Below, in pieces: positions 1-9,444 of a stretch of DNA of 64,000 bases. Every line of letters starts with the position of its first letter. The first letter of the stretch is position 1. Made by a program: the position numbers and the translations under genes. This DNA comes from an uncultured Gammaproteobacteria bacterium (GTDB lineage Bacteria; Patescibacteriota; Microgenomatia; CAYSOG01). The stretch is from the NCBI GenBank assembly GCA_964432675.1, contig CAYSOG010000001.1, positions 4,523 through 68,522 of the forward strand. Direction: 5' to 3'. The notes beneath the pieces were generated by a model. The model worked only from the letters and a program-made list of their open reading frames with translations. It was not told the DNA's origin and made no database searches.

Positions 1-292
1 CTTTGATGGTTTGATCTTCAGAGAGGTTTGTTAAAAGGATTACGGGGATTGGTTTTGTGGTAGGGTTTTCCTTCAGCCGCTTCAAGACCTCAAGGCCTGA
101 CAGTTTTGGCAACATGATATCAAGCAGTATAATGTCTGGTTTTTGCTCTTCAACTTTTGCAACACCTTCAGTACCATCTTCTGCAGCGCTAACGCCAAAG
201 CCGCTTTTGGTAAACTGGCGTATGTATAAATCACGTACGAAGAAGTCATCTTCAATGATCAAGACATTTTTTTTGGCATCTGTTTGGTCCAT
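1..292 (-). CDS. Response regulator receiver-domain protein (runs off the window start; not in ORF track)
   Basis: Manual translation MDQTDAKKNVLIIEDDFFVRDLY...KPDIILLDIMLPKLSGLEVLKRLK...PVILLTN; ED-D, phospho-acceptor D and T motifs of CheY-like domains. Confidence 0.9.
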   Translation of the reverse strand, partial: MDQTDAKKNVLIIEDDFFVRDLYIRQFTKSGFGVSAAEDGTEGVAKVEEQKPDIILLDIMLPKLSGLEVLKRLKENPTTKPIPVILLTNLSEDQTIK

Positions 293-478
293 ATATTTGC
301 CGCCACTACGTATGCTTAGTATATACTTTTCGCTTCAATTGGTCGATCGTTATTTATCAGCCGATATAACTGTCTTTAAAAAGTTACTCGAGCGAAAAGT
401 GCTAATTTATAGATAAAAACTCCATCTTAGTATATTATTTTGCAATTCAGTATAAAATAGCAACTTATAAAATGCCGT

Positions 479-1210
479 TTAACTAGCATTTTGCCAAATT
501 AAAGTAATTGCTTGTGCCACTACCGCAAGTCCTAGCCCTGCAAGTAATACCAATGTTGTGGCGATAAGTGTAAGGAGTGGATTGTTATCGAGCGCGAGAA
601 AATAGAAGGCTGCTCCTAATATAACGTACACCCACCAGATTAATTCTAGGCCAATTTTTGTTAATCTAGGTTTTTTTCTTGATTGTCGTAGCCCAAAAAG
701 TAAAAATTTATAGCTTCTTCGAATTTTCCTTTGGAATATTTTTGCATTTTTTACGATACTGCTTCCTAAAAAGTTGTACTTTCTTGCGGCTTTACTTGAG
801 GTGCGTGCCCGCTTATTCGTTGTTTGTTTTCTTGTTATAGCAGGTTTCTCATTTAGTCTTAGAAATATCCTTAGTGTATCGAGCTGGGCAATTAAAAGTA
901 CTGTGGTAGCTATGCTAGCGGCTAAAATAACTAAAACAATTATGCCAAAAACATCACCAAGTGTATCAGCAAAGAATGGTGCAAAAGAAAAAATCAGAAA
1001 ACCTGTGAAAACACCGAGTATGAGGCAAAGTACTTGCTTAACCTTATCATTTCTCGCACGGTTACTTATCATATCGAACAAAAATGGCAAAAGAGCCATC
1101 CAAAATATTGAGCGTAAGAAGATAATTTGCATTGCCACAATAGCATAGAGACAGAATAGTAATCCAGATATAACAACAGTTTTAATCCTTAATATTGTAA
1201 AGTTATGCAT
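479..1210 (-). CDS. Hypothetical multi-pass membrane protein
   Basis: Several hydrophobic segments and a basic central loop; ATG at 1210 overlaps the comM stop. Confidence 0.6.
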   Translation of the reverse strand: MHNFTILRIKTVVISGLLFCLYAIVAMQIIFLRSIFWMALLPFLFDMISNRARNDKVKQVLCLILGVFTGFLIFSFAPFFADTLGDVFGIIVLVILAASIATTVLLIAQLDTLRIFLRLNEKPAITRKQTTNKRARTSSKAARKYNFLGSSIVKNAKIFQRKIRRSYKFLLFGLRQSRKKPRLTKIGLELIWWVYVILGAAFYFLALDNNPLLTLIATTLVLLAGLGLAVVAQAITLIWQNAS

Positions 1211-2753
1211 AGTCTCTTTGCCGATATTGAAGAGCTTCAGCGACATGTTCCTTGCTGATAGAGGTTTCTGAGGCTAAATCTGCAATAGTTCGGGCTACTT
1301 TGAGAGTACGGTAGTATGATCGAGCTGTTAAGTGCATTTTTTCAATAGCAGCCCGCAGTAATATTCTAGTTTCGTCGTTAATTGCGCAATGCAATTTTAT
1401 ATCTTGAGTTCGCATTTCTGCATTACACGTGATTGGCTGTTTTGTAAAACGTTTTGTTTGCATATTGCGGGCTTTTTGCACGCGCTTTTGCACGGCTTTA
1501 GAATTTTCGGCTTCTGCTGTACCAGTTAATTTTTCTAGTGATACCTTCGGTACATCAATGTGTAAATCGATGCGGTCTAAAATAGGGCCAGAAACCCGCT
1601 TTTGGTAGCGAATAACTTGGGATGATGTACAAATGCAATGTTTTGCTTCGTCGCCTAAATAACCGCACGGGCAAGGATTTTGTGCAGTTACAAGCATAAA
1701 CTTCGATGGAAAGGTTAAGGCTTGGGTTGCCCTAACAATTGTGGTTGTACCGTCTTCAATTGGCGCGCGCAATGACTCGATACAACTTCTGTTAAACTGC
1801 GGAAATTCGTCCAAAAATAGAATACCACGATGGGCTAAGCTTATTTCACCAGGGCGTGGTTTTGAACCCCCACCCACTAATCCAATTGGCGAAATAGTGT
1901 GGTGCGGTGAACGAAATGGCCTACTTGCAACGAGACCTGTATCAGGTTTTAATAGCCCACAGACACTATATATTTTCGTGACTTCCAGCATTTCGTTTTC
2001 TGTCATAGTGGGAAGTATTGAAATTAAGGCGCGTGCTAGCATTGTCTTTCCAGCGCCGGGTGCTCCTTTCAAACTAATGTTGTGGCCACCAGCTGCACAA
2101 ATTTCTATTGCACGCTTTGCTTGTTCCTGGCCTTTGATTTCGGTCATATCAAATGCAAAGTCGGTATTAAAATGGCCATTGGTTTGGGGTGTTTTACTGA
2201 TCGGTGAAAGTAACGTGTTGCCGCAAAGGTGGTCAAATATTTCAGATAGGCTAGCGGCAGCATATACTGCAATCGGTTTCTGTTCGTTATGCTGTAAAAG
2301 CGCAGTGACGACACTAGCTTCGGGTGCATTTGCACTTGGGACAAAGATAGTGTCGATATTATGCTCTTTAGCAAGATACACCATTGGCAATACACCGTTG
2401 ACACTGCGCAGGCTTCCGTCTAGTGAAAGTTCGCCAAGGAGTAAGGTTTTTGAAACGTCAGCCGATAATTGGCCAGAAGCGATTAGAATGCCGATGGCAA
2501 TAGGTAAGTCGTAGTGAGTTCCTTCTTTGGGAATATCACTCGGGGCTAAATTAATAGTGATACGCTTTGGTGGAAAATCGGCACCCGAGTTTTTAATGGC
2601 TGCACGTACCCGCTCTTTAGCTTCTTCAACTGCTTTGTCAGGTAAACCAACGATAGTGAAAGAAGGTAAACCCATGCCAACAATATCAACCTCCACTTCA
2701 ATTGGAACAGATTCTAAACCAATAATAGCGCATGATTGTACTTTTGCGAGCAT
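1203..2753 (-). CDS. comM: YifB/ComM family Mg-chelatase-like AAA+ ATPase
   Basis: MLAKVQSC start, VGLPDKAVEE, ITINLAPSD, Walker A GAPGAGKT, RPFRSPHH, GEISLAHRGILFLDE, NPCPCG; TATACT 9 nt before ATG 2753. Confidence 0.95.
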   Translation of the reverse strand: MLAKVQSCAIIGLESVPIEVEVDIVGMGLPSFTIVGLPDKAVEEAKERVRAAIKNSGADFPPKRITINLAPSDIPKEGTHYDLPIAIGILIASGQLSADVSKTLLLGELSLDGSLRSVNGVLPMVYLAKEHNIDTIFVPSANAPEASVVTALLQHNEQKPIAVYAAASLSEIFDHLCGNTLLSPISKTPQTNGHFNTDFAFDMTEIKGQEQAKRAIEICAAGGHNISLKGAPGAGKTMLARALISILPTMTENEMLEVTKIYSVCGLLKPDTGLVASRPFRSPHHTISPIGLVGGGSKPRPGEISLAHRGILFLDEFPQFNRSCIESLRAPIEDGTTTIVRATQALTFPSKFMLVTAQNPCPCGYLGDEAKHCICTSSQVIRYQKRVSGPILDRIDLHIDVPKVSLEKLTGTAEAENSKAVQKRVQKARNMQTKRFTKQPITCNAEMRTQDIKLHCAINDETRILLRAAIEKMHLTARSYYRTLKVARTIADLASETSISKEHVAEALQYRQRDYA

Positions 2754-2827
2754 GTTGGGCAAAGTATACCCAAAAAAGACCCAAAGATGCAAGTTAGAAT
2801 AAGGATTAAAATGCTAATGAGGAAAAC

Positions 2828-3088
2828 TTACGATTGTTTCTTCCATTCACCACCGGGTGTATTAAGGAATTCAGGTGAAACATCGGCGCCGTTGGGCCAG
2901 TAGATTCCACCGATATCATCAACTTTAACTTGGGCAAAATAAGCCTCGTCTTTAAGTGGTTCGAATGCTTCGCCCCACAATTCTTCTGCCATATCAATAA
3001 CATTATGACTTTCGTCATCGAAGGTTACATCAATTGTATATGGCGGAATTACTTTTACATCTACGACGCGCTTATCTCTTCTTTCCAT
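2828..3088 (-). CDS. DUF2442 domain protein
   Basis: VTFDD...FEPLKD...F.QV.VD..G.IYWPNGADVSPE pattern. Confidence 0.8.
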   Translation of the reverse strand: MERRDKRVVDVKVIPPYTIDVTFDDESHNVIDMAEELWGEAFEPLKDEAYFAQVKVDDIGGIYWPNGADVSPEFLNTPGGEWKKQS

Positions 3089-3106
3089 AGTGATAGTATA
3101 CAACTT

Positions 3107-3847
3107 TTATGCAAGCCGCTTTTCCTTGGCAATAACGCAATTTGGACAACGGAGAGAATTTGCTGCCAAGATAATTGCTGGATCTTTTGAAGCCTGGATT
3201 ATAATCCGGTCGTTTTCTTTTAATCTTGTTACATTATGATTATTGTCGATAGATAGAATGGCTGGGCCCCGGACGATGGTTACAATAATTTGATCCTTAT
3301 CGGTAAAAAATAACGGGTCTAAGGGGTGGACAGGATTATTGAAGGCTAAACCGAATCCTTGGTCGAACATTTGGCGTGTAATGCTATGGAAGTAAGCGGT
3401 TGAGCCAAATGGCGTGGCTGCAACTACACCGTCACCAATAATAATTTCATTGTCCTGAACCGTTTGTCCGTTAAGCAAGACAGAAAGCCGAACTGCATGA
3501 ATTGGTAGCTCATTTGTTATGACAATTTCATTTAAGGCATGTTGGACTTTACCTGCAAAATCAACAGCTAGTTTTTGGTAGGCCTTCTTTTCTAATTGAT
3601 TCTTAGCGAGCGCTTGTATCAAAACTTCATTGGCATGTTCGGCACATTTGACACAAGTAGCACTGTCCCTGATGGGTAATTTTGGTATACCCGGATACTC
3701 TTGTTCAGAAGCCAATAGCGTTCCATCCCCACCATAAGATATTACGATATCCGGGTTATTTTGGACGACCATTAGCCCTTCAGCTTTAACTAAGTTTTCT
3801 AATGACAGGGCATTTTTACCGTAAAGAAGAATATTCATCTTTGTCAT
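3107..3847 (-). CDS. nadK: NAD(+) kinase
   Basis: GGDGTLL, ALNE and GDGVVAATPFGSTAY motifs. Confidence 0.9.
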   Translation of the reverse strand: MTKMNILLYGKNALSLENLVKAEGLMVVQNNPDIVISYGGDGTLLASEQEYPGIPKLPIRDSATCVKCAEHANEVLIQALAKNQLEKKAYQKLAVDFAGKVQHALNEIVITNELPIHAVRLSVLLNGQTVQDNEIIIGDGVVAATPFGSTAYFHSITRQMFDQGFGLAFNNPVHPLDPLFFTDKDQIIVTIVRGPAILSIDNNHNVTRLKENDRIIIQASKDPAIILAANSLRCPNCVIAKEKRLA

Positions 3848-3886
3848 TGTATCAATTTCTTGCCCTTGTGTGTACAATGTGCAACT

Positions 3887-4477
3887 ATGTTACGGAGTAA
3901 GCGAAGGATAGCTATTTTTGTCGTATCGTGCGTGCTCATCATATCGAGCGGTGTCATAGCAACGCGAAGTCGAGCAAGTGAAGCTGATATTGCGTCGCAA
4001 ACGCCACTAGATTCAGCAGCAGTTGAAACGGTTGCAACAAACTCCGCGACTACTAGTCCAATTAAACTTGACAGGCAGAACATTGTTAAAGTAACAAGGG
4101 TTATTGATGGCGATACAATTGTAGTGGAAGGAAGTATAAAAGTTCGTTACATCGGAGTAGATACACCAGAAACGGTCGATCCGCGCCGGCCAGTTGGTTG
4201 TTTTGGAAAGGAAGCCTCTAATTTCAATAAGCAATTGGTGGAAGGCAAGATGGTCCGGTTGGAAAAGGATGTATCTGAAACTGACAAGTTCGGCAGGCTA
4301 CTGCGTTACGTTTATTTACAAACTGATAATGGAGAAATTTTTGTTAATGACACGCTTGCAAGACAAGGATATGCCATGGTTAAAACATACCCGCCTGATG
4401 TAAAATACCAGGACCAATTTTTGCAGGCACAGCAAGAGGCACGTCAAAATAATCGCGGTCTTTGGTCCAAATGTTAA
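3887..4477 (+). CDS. Secreted/anchored thermonuclease (SNase family)
   Basis: N-terminal hydrophobic segment; VIDGDT, VRYIGVDTPE, DKFGRLLRYV, ARQNNRGLW. Confidence 0.93.
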   Translation: MLRSKRRIAIFVVSCVLIISSGVIATRSRASEADIASQTPLDSAAVETVATNSATTSPIKLDRQNIVKVTRVIDGDTIVVEGSIKVRYIGVDTPETVDPRRPVGCFGKEASNFNKQLVEGKMVRLEKDVSETDKFGRLLRYVYLQTDNGEIFVNDTLARQGYAMVKTYPPDVKYQDQFLQAQQEARQNNRGLWSKC

Positions 4478-4620
4478 TAAAACTTAAGTAGCAAGCTTGC
4501 ACATTTCCTTAGATATAAACAATCATTTTACTATTCCCCAACATCAAACTCGCCGGTAAGTCTAGATGTAAAAAATAGACGAACTGGCGAGCTGATATAA
4601 AAAACCTTTTAACAAATTTA

Positions 4621-4773
4621 TTATGCCGCTTTTGGCGCACCAATCTTGAACATGGTTGTGCCACAAACTGGGCACTTACCTGTAGCAGCTGGCTTACCAT
4701 TTTTCATAGTAACCTGCTTTTCATCTTGGGCTTCGCGTTTTGCTCTGCATTTAACACAGTACATTTCTGACAT
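4621..4773 (-). CDS. DUF5679-type small zinc-ribbon protein, 50 aa (not in ORF track)
   Basis: MSEMYCVKCRAKREAQDEKQVTMKNGKPAATGKCPVCGTTMFKIGAPKAA; two CxxC pairs; SD GGGAGGTG upstream. Confidence 0.88.
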   Translation of the reverse strand: MSEMYCVKCRAKREAQDEKQVTMKNGKPAATGKCPVCGTTMFKIGAPKAA

Positions 4774-5026
4774 TCAAAAACACCTCCCTTTTATGAGCAG
4801 ACGTTTCATTGCTAATTATTAATTAAAATGGCGTTATGAGCATCTGCAAGTATTGCAAGCACATTTCATGCCTGAACAGTATCAACAGTAGTATATCTTA
4901 TACAGGCTTGTCAAGATGTAAAGTATGGAAAATAGGCACGGAATATGACAATAAATCTATCTATATATTGGAATTTGCTATTACAATAGGCTAATCTAAT
5001 TTTGATGGAACCGTGATGTTTTTACC

Positions 5027-5368
5027 TTAAAACCCGAGGATATGCTCGAAATGAACGAGCCAGAAGACCGAGAATTCAATCACAAGGATAGCGGCGGTTA
5101 AGAAGATAATTCTGGTTAAGTCTTTGCGAACATAGCTAATATCCTGCTGCACTACGGATGTATTCTGAGTTACTATCTTGGGACTAACTGACTTTTCTGC
5201 CTGTAAAGCAGGTAAGCGATAAGAAGGTGCTGCGGTAATTGTTTGACTTTCTTGTTGGCTCGGTGGTGTATCCGCTATAGCAGGCGAAGCAGAAAAGAGC
5301 GTTTCGTCAAGGTGCTTAAGCCTTTTTTGTTGTGCCCGTAGCTTTTGTTCACGTGTTTTCTTTGGCAT
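5027..5368 (-). CDS. Hypothetical protein with basic N-terminus and C-terminal TM helix
   Basis: MPKKTREQK..., YVRKDL.RI followed by a hydrophobic tail; TACAAT 7 nt before ATG 5368. Confidence 0.7.
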   Translation of the reverse strand: MPKKTREQKLRAQQKRLKHLDETLFSASPAIADTPPSQQESQTITAAPSYRLPALQAEKSVSPKIVTQNTSVVQQDISYVRKDLTRIIFLTAAILVIEFSVFWLVHFEHILGF

Positions 5369-5489
5369 GGCCATTATTGTATATCAGACTATCCCAGTTA
5401 TGCAACGCTTACCGACTACCCTTGGCCATAGATTGACGCATGAATAACAAGTATGCTACAAATGGGGTAAGATTTTACCCATTTATCCG

Positions 5490-5921
5490 ATGGACTATAT
5501 TATTGTTGGGCTTTTAATTATTTCACTTTGGCTGCTTGTATTAACAGGCTACTTCTTTTATTCCCTTGGGAAAATAAAACAGCTCTATAGCCATTCCGAC
5601 ACTGGTAAGCTGGATGAGCATCAGAAGCTATTGGGAACCATGGCAGAACAAATAAGCAAGATGCGTAAAGCCGGAGCGTCGTATGTTCAGCGGGTTGGTT
5701 TAGTGCGGTTTAACCCATTCCAAGATGTTGGTGGCGATCAGAGTTTTTCACTTGCGTTATTAGATGGCGATGGTAATGGTGTTGTTATTTCGAGCTTACA
5801 CTCCCGGGCTGTAACCCGAACGTATGCTAAGCCAATTATCGGGGGCAAAAGCTTACGGCATGACCTATCACAAGAAGAAGAGCGGGCAATAGCCCAAGCC
5901 ATTGAAGAAAAGATTAAATGA
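5490..5921 (+). CDS. DUF4446 family protein
   Basis: N-terminal TM; VGLVRFNPFQDVGGDQSFSLALLD...LHSR..TRTYAK. Confidence 0.9.
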   Translation: MDYIIVGLLIISLWLLVLTGYFFYSLGKIKQLYSHSDTGKLDEHQKLLGTMAEQISKMRKAGASYVQRVGLVRFNPFQDVGGDQSFSLALLDGDGNGVVISSLHSRAVTRTYAKPIIGGKSLRHDLSQEEERAIAQAIEEKIK

Positions 5922-6021
5922 TACTGGCCTTTGTCTTAAAGAATGAATAACAAACTCCGGTCAAAAAGCCAGAGGGACGGCCATATTAGAAATATAATTT
6001 GTTGTCTGGTATACTAAAAAT

Positions 6022-7179
6022 ATGGAACCTACTAGTCAAGGCATAACTAAGCAGAAGTTTTTTATTCCAGCGCTGTTACTCTTTTTGTTTGTGGGTAGCT
6101 TTTTAGCCTCATTTTTTTACTTCAGAACTAATTCTTCGGCGAAGATGGTAGGTATGACCAGTGATGGGACAGTAAAGAGTAAGGCCGGTGACATGGTATG
6201 CCCATTAAACGGCGTTAAATATGACAAGGCAAGCCAAGATGTTTGGGAAAAGCGTCGGCCACTAGGTATTATGGTAGAAAACGAAATCGAGGCTCGGCCG
6301 CAATATGGTCTGTCAAAAGCTGATGTCATTTACGAAGCTGTGGCTGAAGGTGGTATTACTCGGTTTATGGCTGTTTACCTTTGCCAAGGTGCCGATAAAG
6401 TCGAACCAATCCGCAGTGCCAGAACATACTTTTTAGATTGGATTTCAGAATATGATGGCCTCTATGCTCATGTTGGCGGTGCCGGCACGTCGGGTCCGGC
6501 TGACGCCCTTGGCCAGATTGACCGCTATGGCATTAAAGATTTAAATCAATTTAGTATCGGTTTTCCAACATTTGAGCGTGACCAAGACCGTATAAGCCGT
6601 GGCTTGCCAATCGAGCATACCATGTTTACATCTACCCAGAAATTATGGGATTACGCACTTTCAAAATTCGGTTGGGGAGCAAAAGATAAAAACGGTGTCC
6701 CCTGGGATGCAAACTTTGTACCCTGGAAATTTATTGATGACGCAGCACTTAACCAGCGTGGTTCAATGACAACTGCCACCATACCATTCTGGGACAAAGG
6801 CCCTGGTGACTATCGAGTTGAGTGGACATATGATAAAACCCAGAACATCTATAAGCGTGCCAATGGCGGCATTGACAGCATCGATGAACTTACCAAGCAA
6901 CAGCTTACAGCAAAAGATGTTGTTGTCCAATTTATGGACGAAGAGCATGCGAATGACGGCTACCCAGGCAACCAACACTTAGTGTACGGTACGATTGGTA
7001 GTGGGACTGCGATCATTCTTGAAAATGGCAATGTAATCAACGGTACTTGGCAGAAGAAAGACCGTCTGGCAAAAACAAAGTACTTTGACGCTTCGGGTAA
7101 TGAGGTCAGTTTTGTACGAGGACAAATTTGGATTGAGACTGTACCAACGTACAATAAAAGTTTAGTAACGACAAAATAA
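6022..7179 (+). CDS. DUF3048 (YerB-like) surface protein
   Basis: RPLGIMVEN...ARPQYGL..ADVIYE..AEGGITRFMA, PIRSAR, GQIWIE. Confidence 0.9.
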   Translation: MEPTSQGITKQKFFIPALLLFLFVGSFLASFFYFRTNSSAKMVGMTSDGTVKSKAGDMVCPLNGVKYDKASQDVWEKRRPLGIMVENEIEARPQYGLSKADVIYEAVAEGGITRFMAVYLCQGADKVEPIRSARTYFLDWISEYDGLYAHVGGAGTSGPADALGQIDRYGIKDLNQFSIGFPTFERDQDRISRGLPIEHTMFTSTQKLWDYALSKFGWGAKDKNGVPWDANFVPWKFIDDAALNQRGSMTTATIPFWDKGPGDYRVEWTYDKTQNIYKRANGGIDSIDELTKQQLTAKDVVVQFMDEEHANDGYPGNQHLVYGTIGSGTAIILENGNVINGTWQKKDRLAKTKYFDASGNEVSFVRGQIWIETVPTYNKSLVTTK

Positions 7180-7269
7180 AAAACATTGTTGGCCAGGAAA
7201 GGTTGCTAGATTGGCCTGGTTTGTTATAAAATTTGCGTAGAATTAATACTACGTATCAAAGCAACCGAA

Positions 7270-7349
7270 TGTATATCTGCCTAGTAAAGGAAAGTTTATA
7301 TCGCAAGGGTATAAGAAATTACCTCCTGTCTCCTTGAGGTAGATATATA
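7270..7349 (+). promoter_or_regulatory. Structured 5' leader sequestering the RBS of the wHTH-nucleotidyltransferase gene
   Basis: 13-bp outer stem 7270-7282/7337-7349 covering GAGGT; inner GCAA-tetraloop hairpin 7295-7315. Confidence 0.45.
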
Positions 7350-7351
7350 AA

Positions 7352-7933
7352 ATGCTTGAAGACATTATCATCTCAAAAGTCCGTATCAAATTGCTTACCC
7401 TCTTTTTGCGTAATCCAGGGAAACTCTTCCATGTTCGGGAAATTACCAGACGTACCGAAGAAGAAATTAATGCCGTTCGGAGAGAATTGGCTAGAATGGA
7501 AAAATCGGGTATGGTAGCTTCCGAGTGGCGGCAGAATAGACGGTTTTACCACTTTCGTAAAGATTATCCTCTTTATCCAGAACTAGCGGCATTGATTGCC
7601 AAAACTGTTGGCCTTGGTGCTGAAATTATTAAAAACAGAGCCAAATTAGGCAAATTACGCTACGTTTTTATGACTTCTGCGTTCGCGAAAGGGACAACGC
7701 GCCAGCAGGGTAATATCGATGTATTGCTTGTGGGGAATGTCGTATTACCCGAACTCACGGCACTTGTGAAAGAGGAAGAACTGCGTTTAGACGAGGAAAT
7801 TAATTATACCGTCATGGCAGATGATGAGTTCACCTTTCGCAAACAGCGACGAGACCCGTTTGTCATGAGTATATTAAGTCTGCCCCGTGTCATGTTAATT
7901 GGTGATGAGGATGAAATGTTAAAACCAGTTTAA
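7352..7933 (+). CDS. Winged-helix regulator fused to a minimal nucleotidyltransferase-like domain
   Basis: SKVRIKLL..F, HVREITR..EEEINAVRREL HTH; IDVLLVG and EINYTVM NTase-like motifs. Confidence 0.8.
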   Translation: MLEDIIISKVRIKLLTLFLRNPGKLFHVREITRRTEEEINAVRRELARMEKSGMVASEWRQNRRFYHFRKDYPLYPELAALIAKTVGLGAEIIKNRAKLGKLRYVFMTSAFAKGTTRQQGNIDVLLVGNVVLPELTALVKEEELRLDEEINYTVMADDEFTFRKQRRDPFVMSILSLPRVMLIGDEDEMLKPV

Positions 7934-7999
7934 AAATCTTCCCTTTTTGTCTATTCCTTTGCCCATCTGTTACAATATAACTAGATCAAAGAATATCAT

Positions 8000-9343
8000 A
8001 TGCGATTACCTTTTTTGAAACGCACACTGCCACAACTAAAAATCAGATTTGGCCTGCTGGTTATTATTTGTTTGGCGGCCCTTGCCTTCTATCTTGATTT
8101 ACCAAAAATACCGCTCAAATTTTCCTTTGGTTCTATCTCTATTAATAGGACTATCGAACATCCAAGCCTTAAGCTTGGTAGTTTTAATCGGGATTTAAAC
8201 CCCAAATTGGGTCTTGATTTAAAAGGTGGTACGCATATTGTCTTGGAGGCTGATATGAGCAGCGTACCAAAAGACCAACGTGACCAAGCGCTTGCTTTTA
8301 CACGCAACGTTATCGAGCGTCGCGTCAATTTGTTTGGTGTGTCTGAGCCGGTTGTGCAAACTTCCAAAAGTGGCAATACTTACCGGATAGTCGTTGAGCT
8401 TGCTGGTATTAAAGATATTAACGAAGCAGTTGCCGTTATTGGTAAGACCGCAAAACTCGAATTTCGGCAATTTACCAACACAAACCAGACGATGGTGGCA
8501 CCTGATTCAACAGTCGATAATACTGAACCGACTGGACTAGACGGTTCTGACCTCGCGAGTGCTGAGGTAATTTTCGATCCGCAAACCTCAGCGCCAGAAG
8601 TCGGTTTTAAAGTTGCCAGCGGCAGTCAAGATAAATTTTATAAGGTAACACAATCATTACTTGGTAAGCCTATGATTATTGTGTTAGATGGCCAGCCAGT
8701 ATCCGCACCAACAGTGCAGGCGGCTATTCGTGATAGTGGCCAGATTACAGGAAATTTTACCTTGCAGCAAGCCAAGGACTTAGCGCTTGAGCTGAATGCT
8801 GGATCACTCAAAGCACCAGTTAAAATTGTCAGCCAAAGCAATGTTGGTGCAACACTCGGAAGCGATTCGATTAAGAAAAGTATTATAGCAGGCGCAGTTG
8901 GTGGAGCAATTATCGCGTTCTTTATGATCGCTAACTACGGCCTTTTAGGTGTTATTGCCGATTTGGCATTGATTGTTTATACTTTGGTAACATTTGCAGT
9001 CTTTAAATTTATTCCGATTACATTAACGCTTGCTGGTATTGCAGGTTTTATTCTTTCAATCGGCATGGCGGTTGATGCTAATATCTTGATTTTCGAGCGG
9101 ATGAAAGAGGAAGTCCGCTGGGGAAAATCTCAAACGGCTGCCTTGACCTTAGGTTTCGACCGGGCGATGAGTTCCATTAAGGCATCAAATATTTCAACAC
9201 TTATTACAACAGCCATTTTGTATACCTTTGGGACAGGACTAGTGAGAGGGTTTGCACTAACCCTAGCAATCGGCGTATTATTGTCAATGTTTTCAGCAAT
9301 TACTGTTACAAAGACCTTTTTAAAAGCTCTGTATAGGATATAA
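8000..9343 (+). CDS. secD: Protein translocase subunit SecD
   Basis: LGLDLKGG, IERRVNLFGVSEP, LTLAGIAGFILSIGMAVDANILIFER. Confidence 0.97.
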   Translation: MRLPFLKRTLPQLKIRFGLLVIICLAALAFYLDLPKIPLKFSFGSISINRTIEHPSLKLGSFNRDLNPKLGLDLKGGTHIVLEADMSSVPKDQRDQALAFTRNVIERRVNLFGVSEPVVQTSKSGNTYRIVVELAGIKDINEAVAVIGKTAKLEFRQFTNTNQTMVAPDSTVDNTEPTGLDGSDLASAEVIFDPQTSAPEVGFKVASGSQDKFYKVTQSLLGKPMIIVLDGQPVSAPTVQAAIRDSGQITGNFTLQQAKDLALELNAGSLKAPVKIVSQSNVGATLGSDSIKKSIIAGAVGGAIIAFFMIANYGLLGVIADLALIVYTLVTFAVFKFIPITLTLAGIAGFILSIGMAVDANILIFERMKEEVRWGKSQTAALTLGFDRAMSSIKASNISTLITTAILYTFGTGLVRGFALTLAIGVLLSMFSAITVTKTFLKALYRI

Positions 9344-9444
9344 TAAAAACAAGTGCTAAAAATTAAAGTTTGAAAATCAAATATAAAGATTTGTTTAGTT
9401 TTAAATAGTATTACCTGTCCTAACTGTCATTCGTGTTACTTTAT

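Noticed and set aside
57-416. Plus-strand 119-aa ORF
   Set aside because: Antisense shadow of the response regulator on the minus strand.
4509-4700. 63-aa minus-strand ORF
   Set aside because: Wrong frame; the SD-supported gene is the 50-aa zinc ribbon at 4621-4773.
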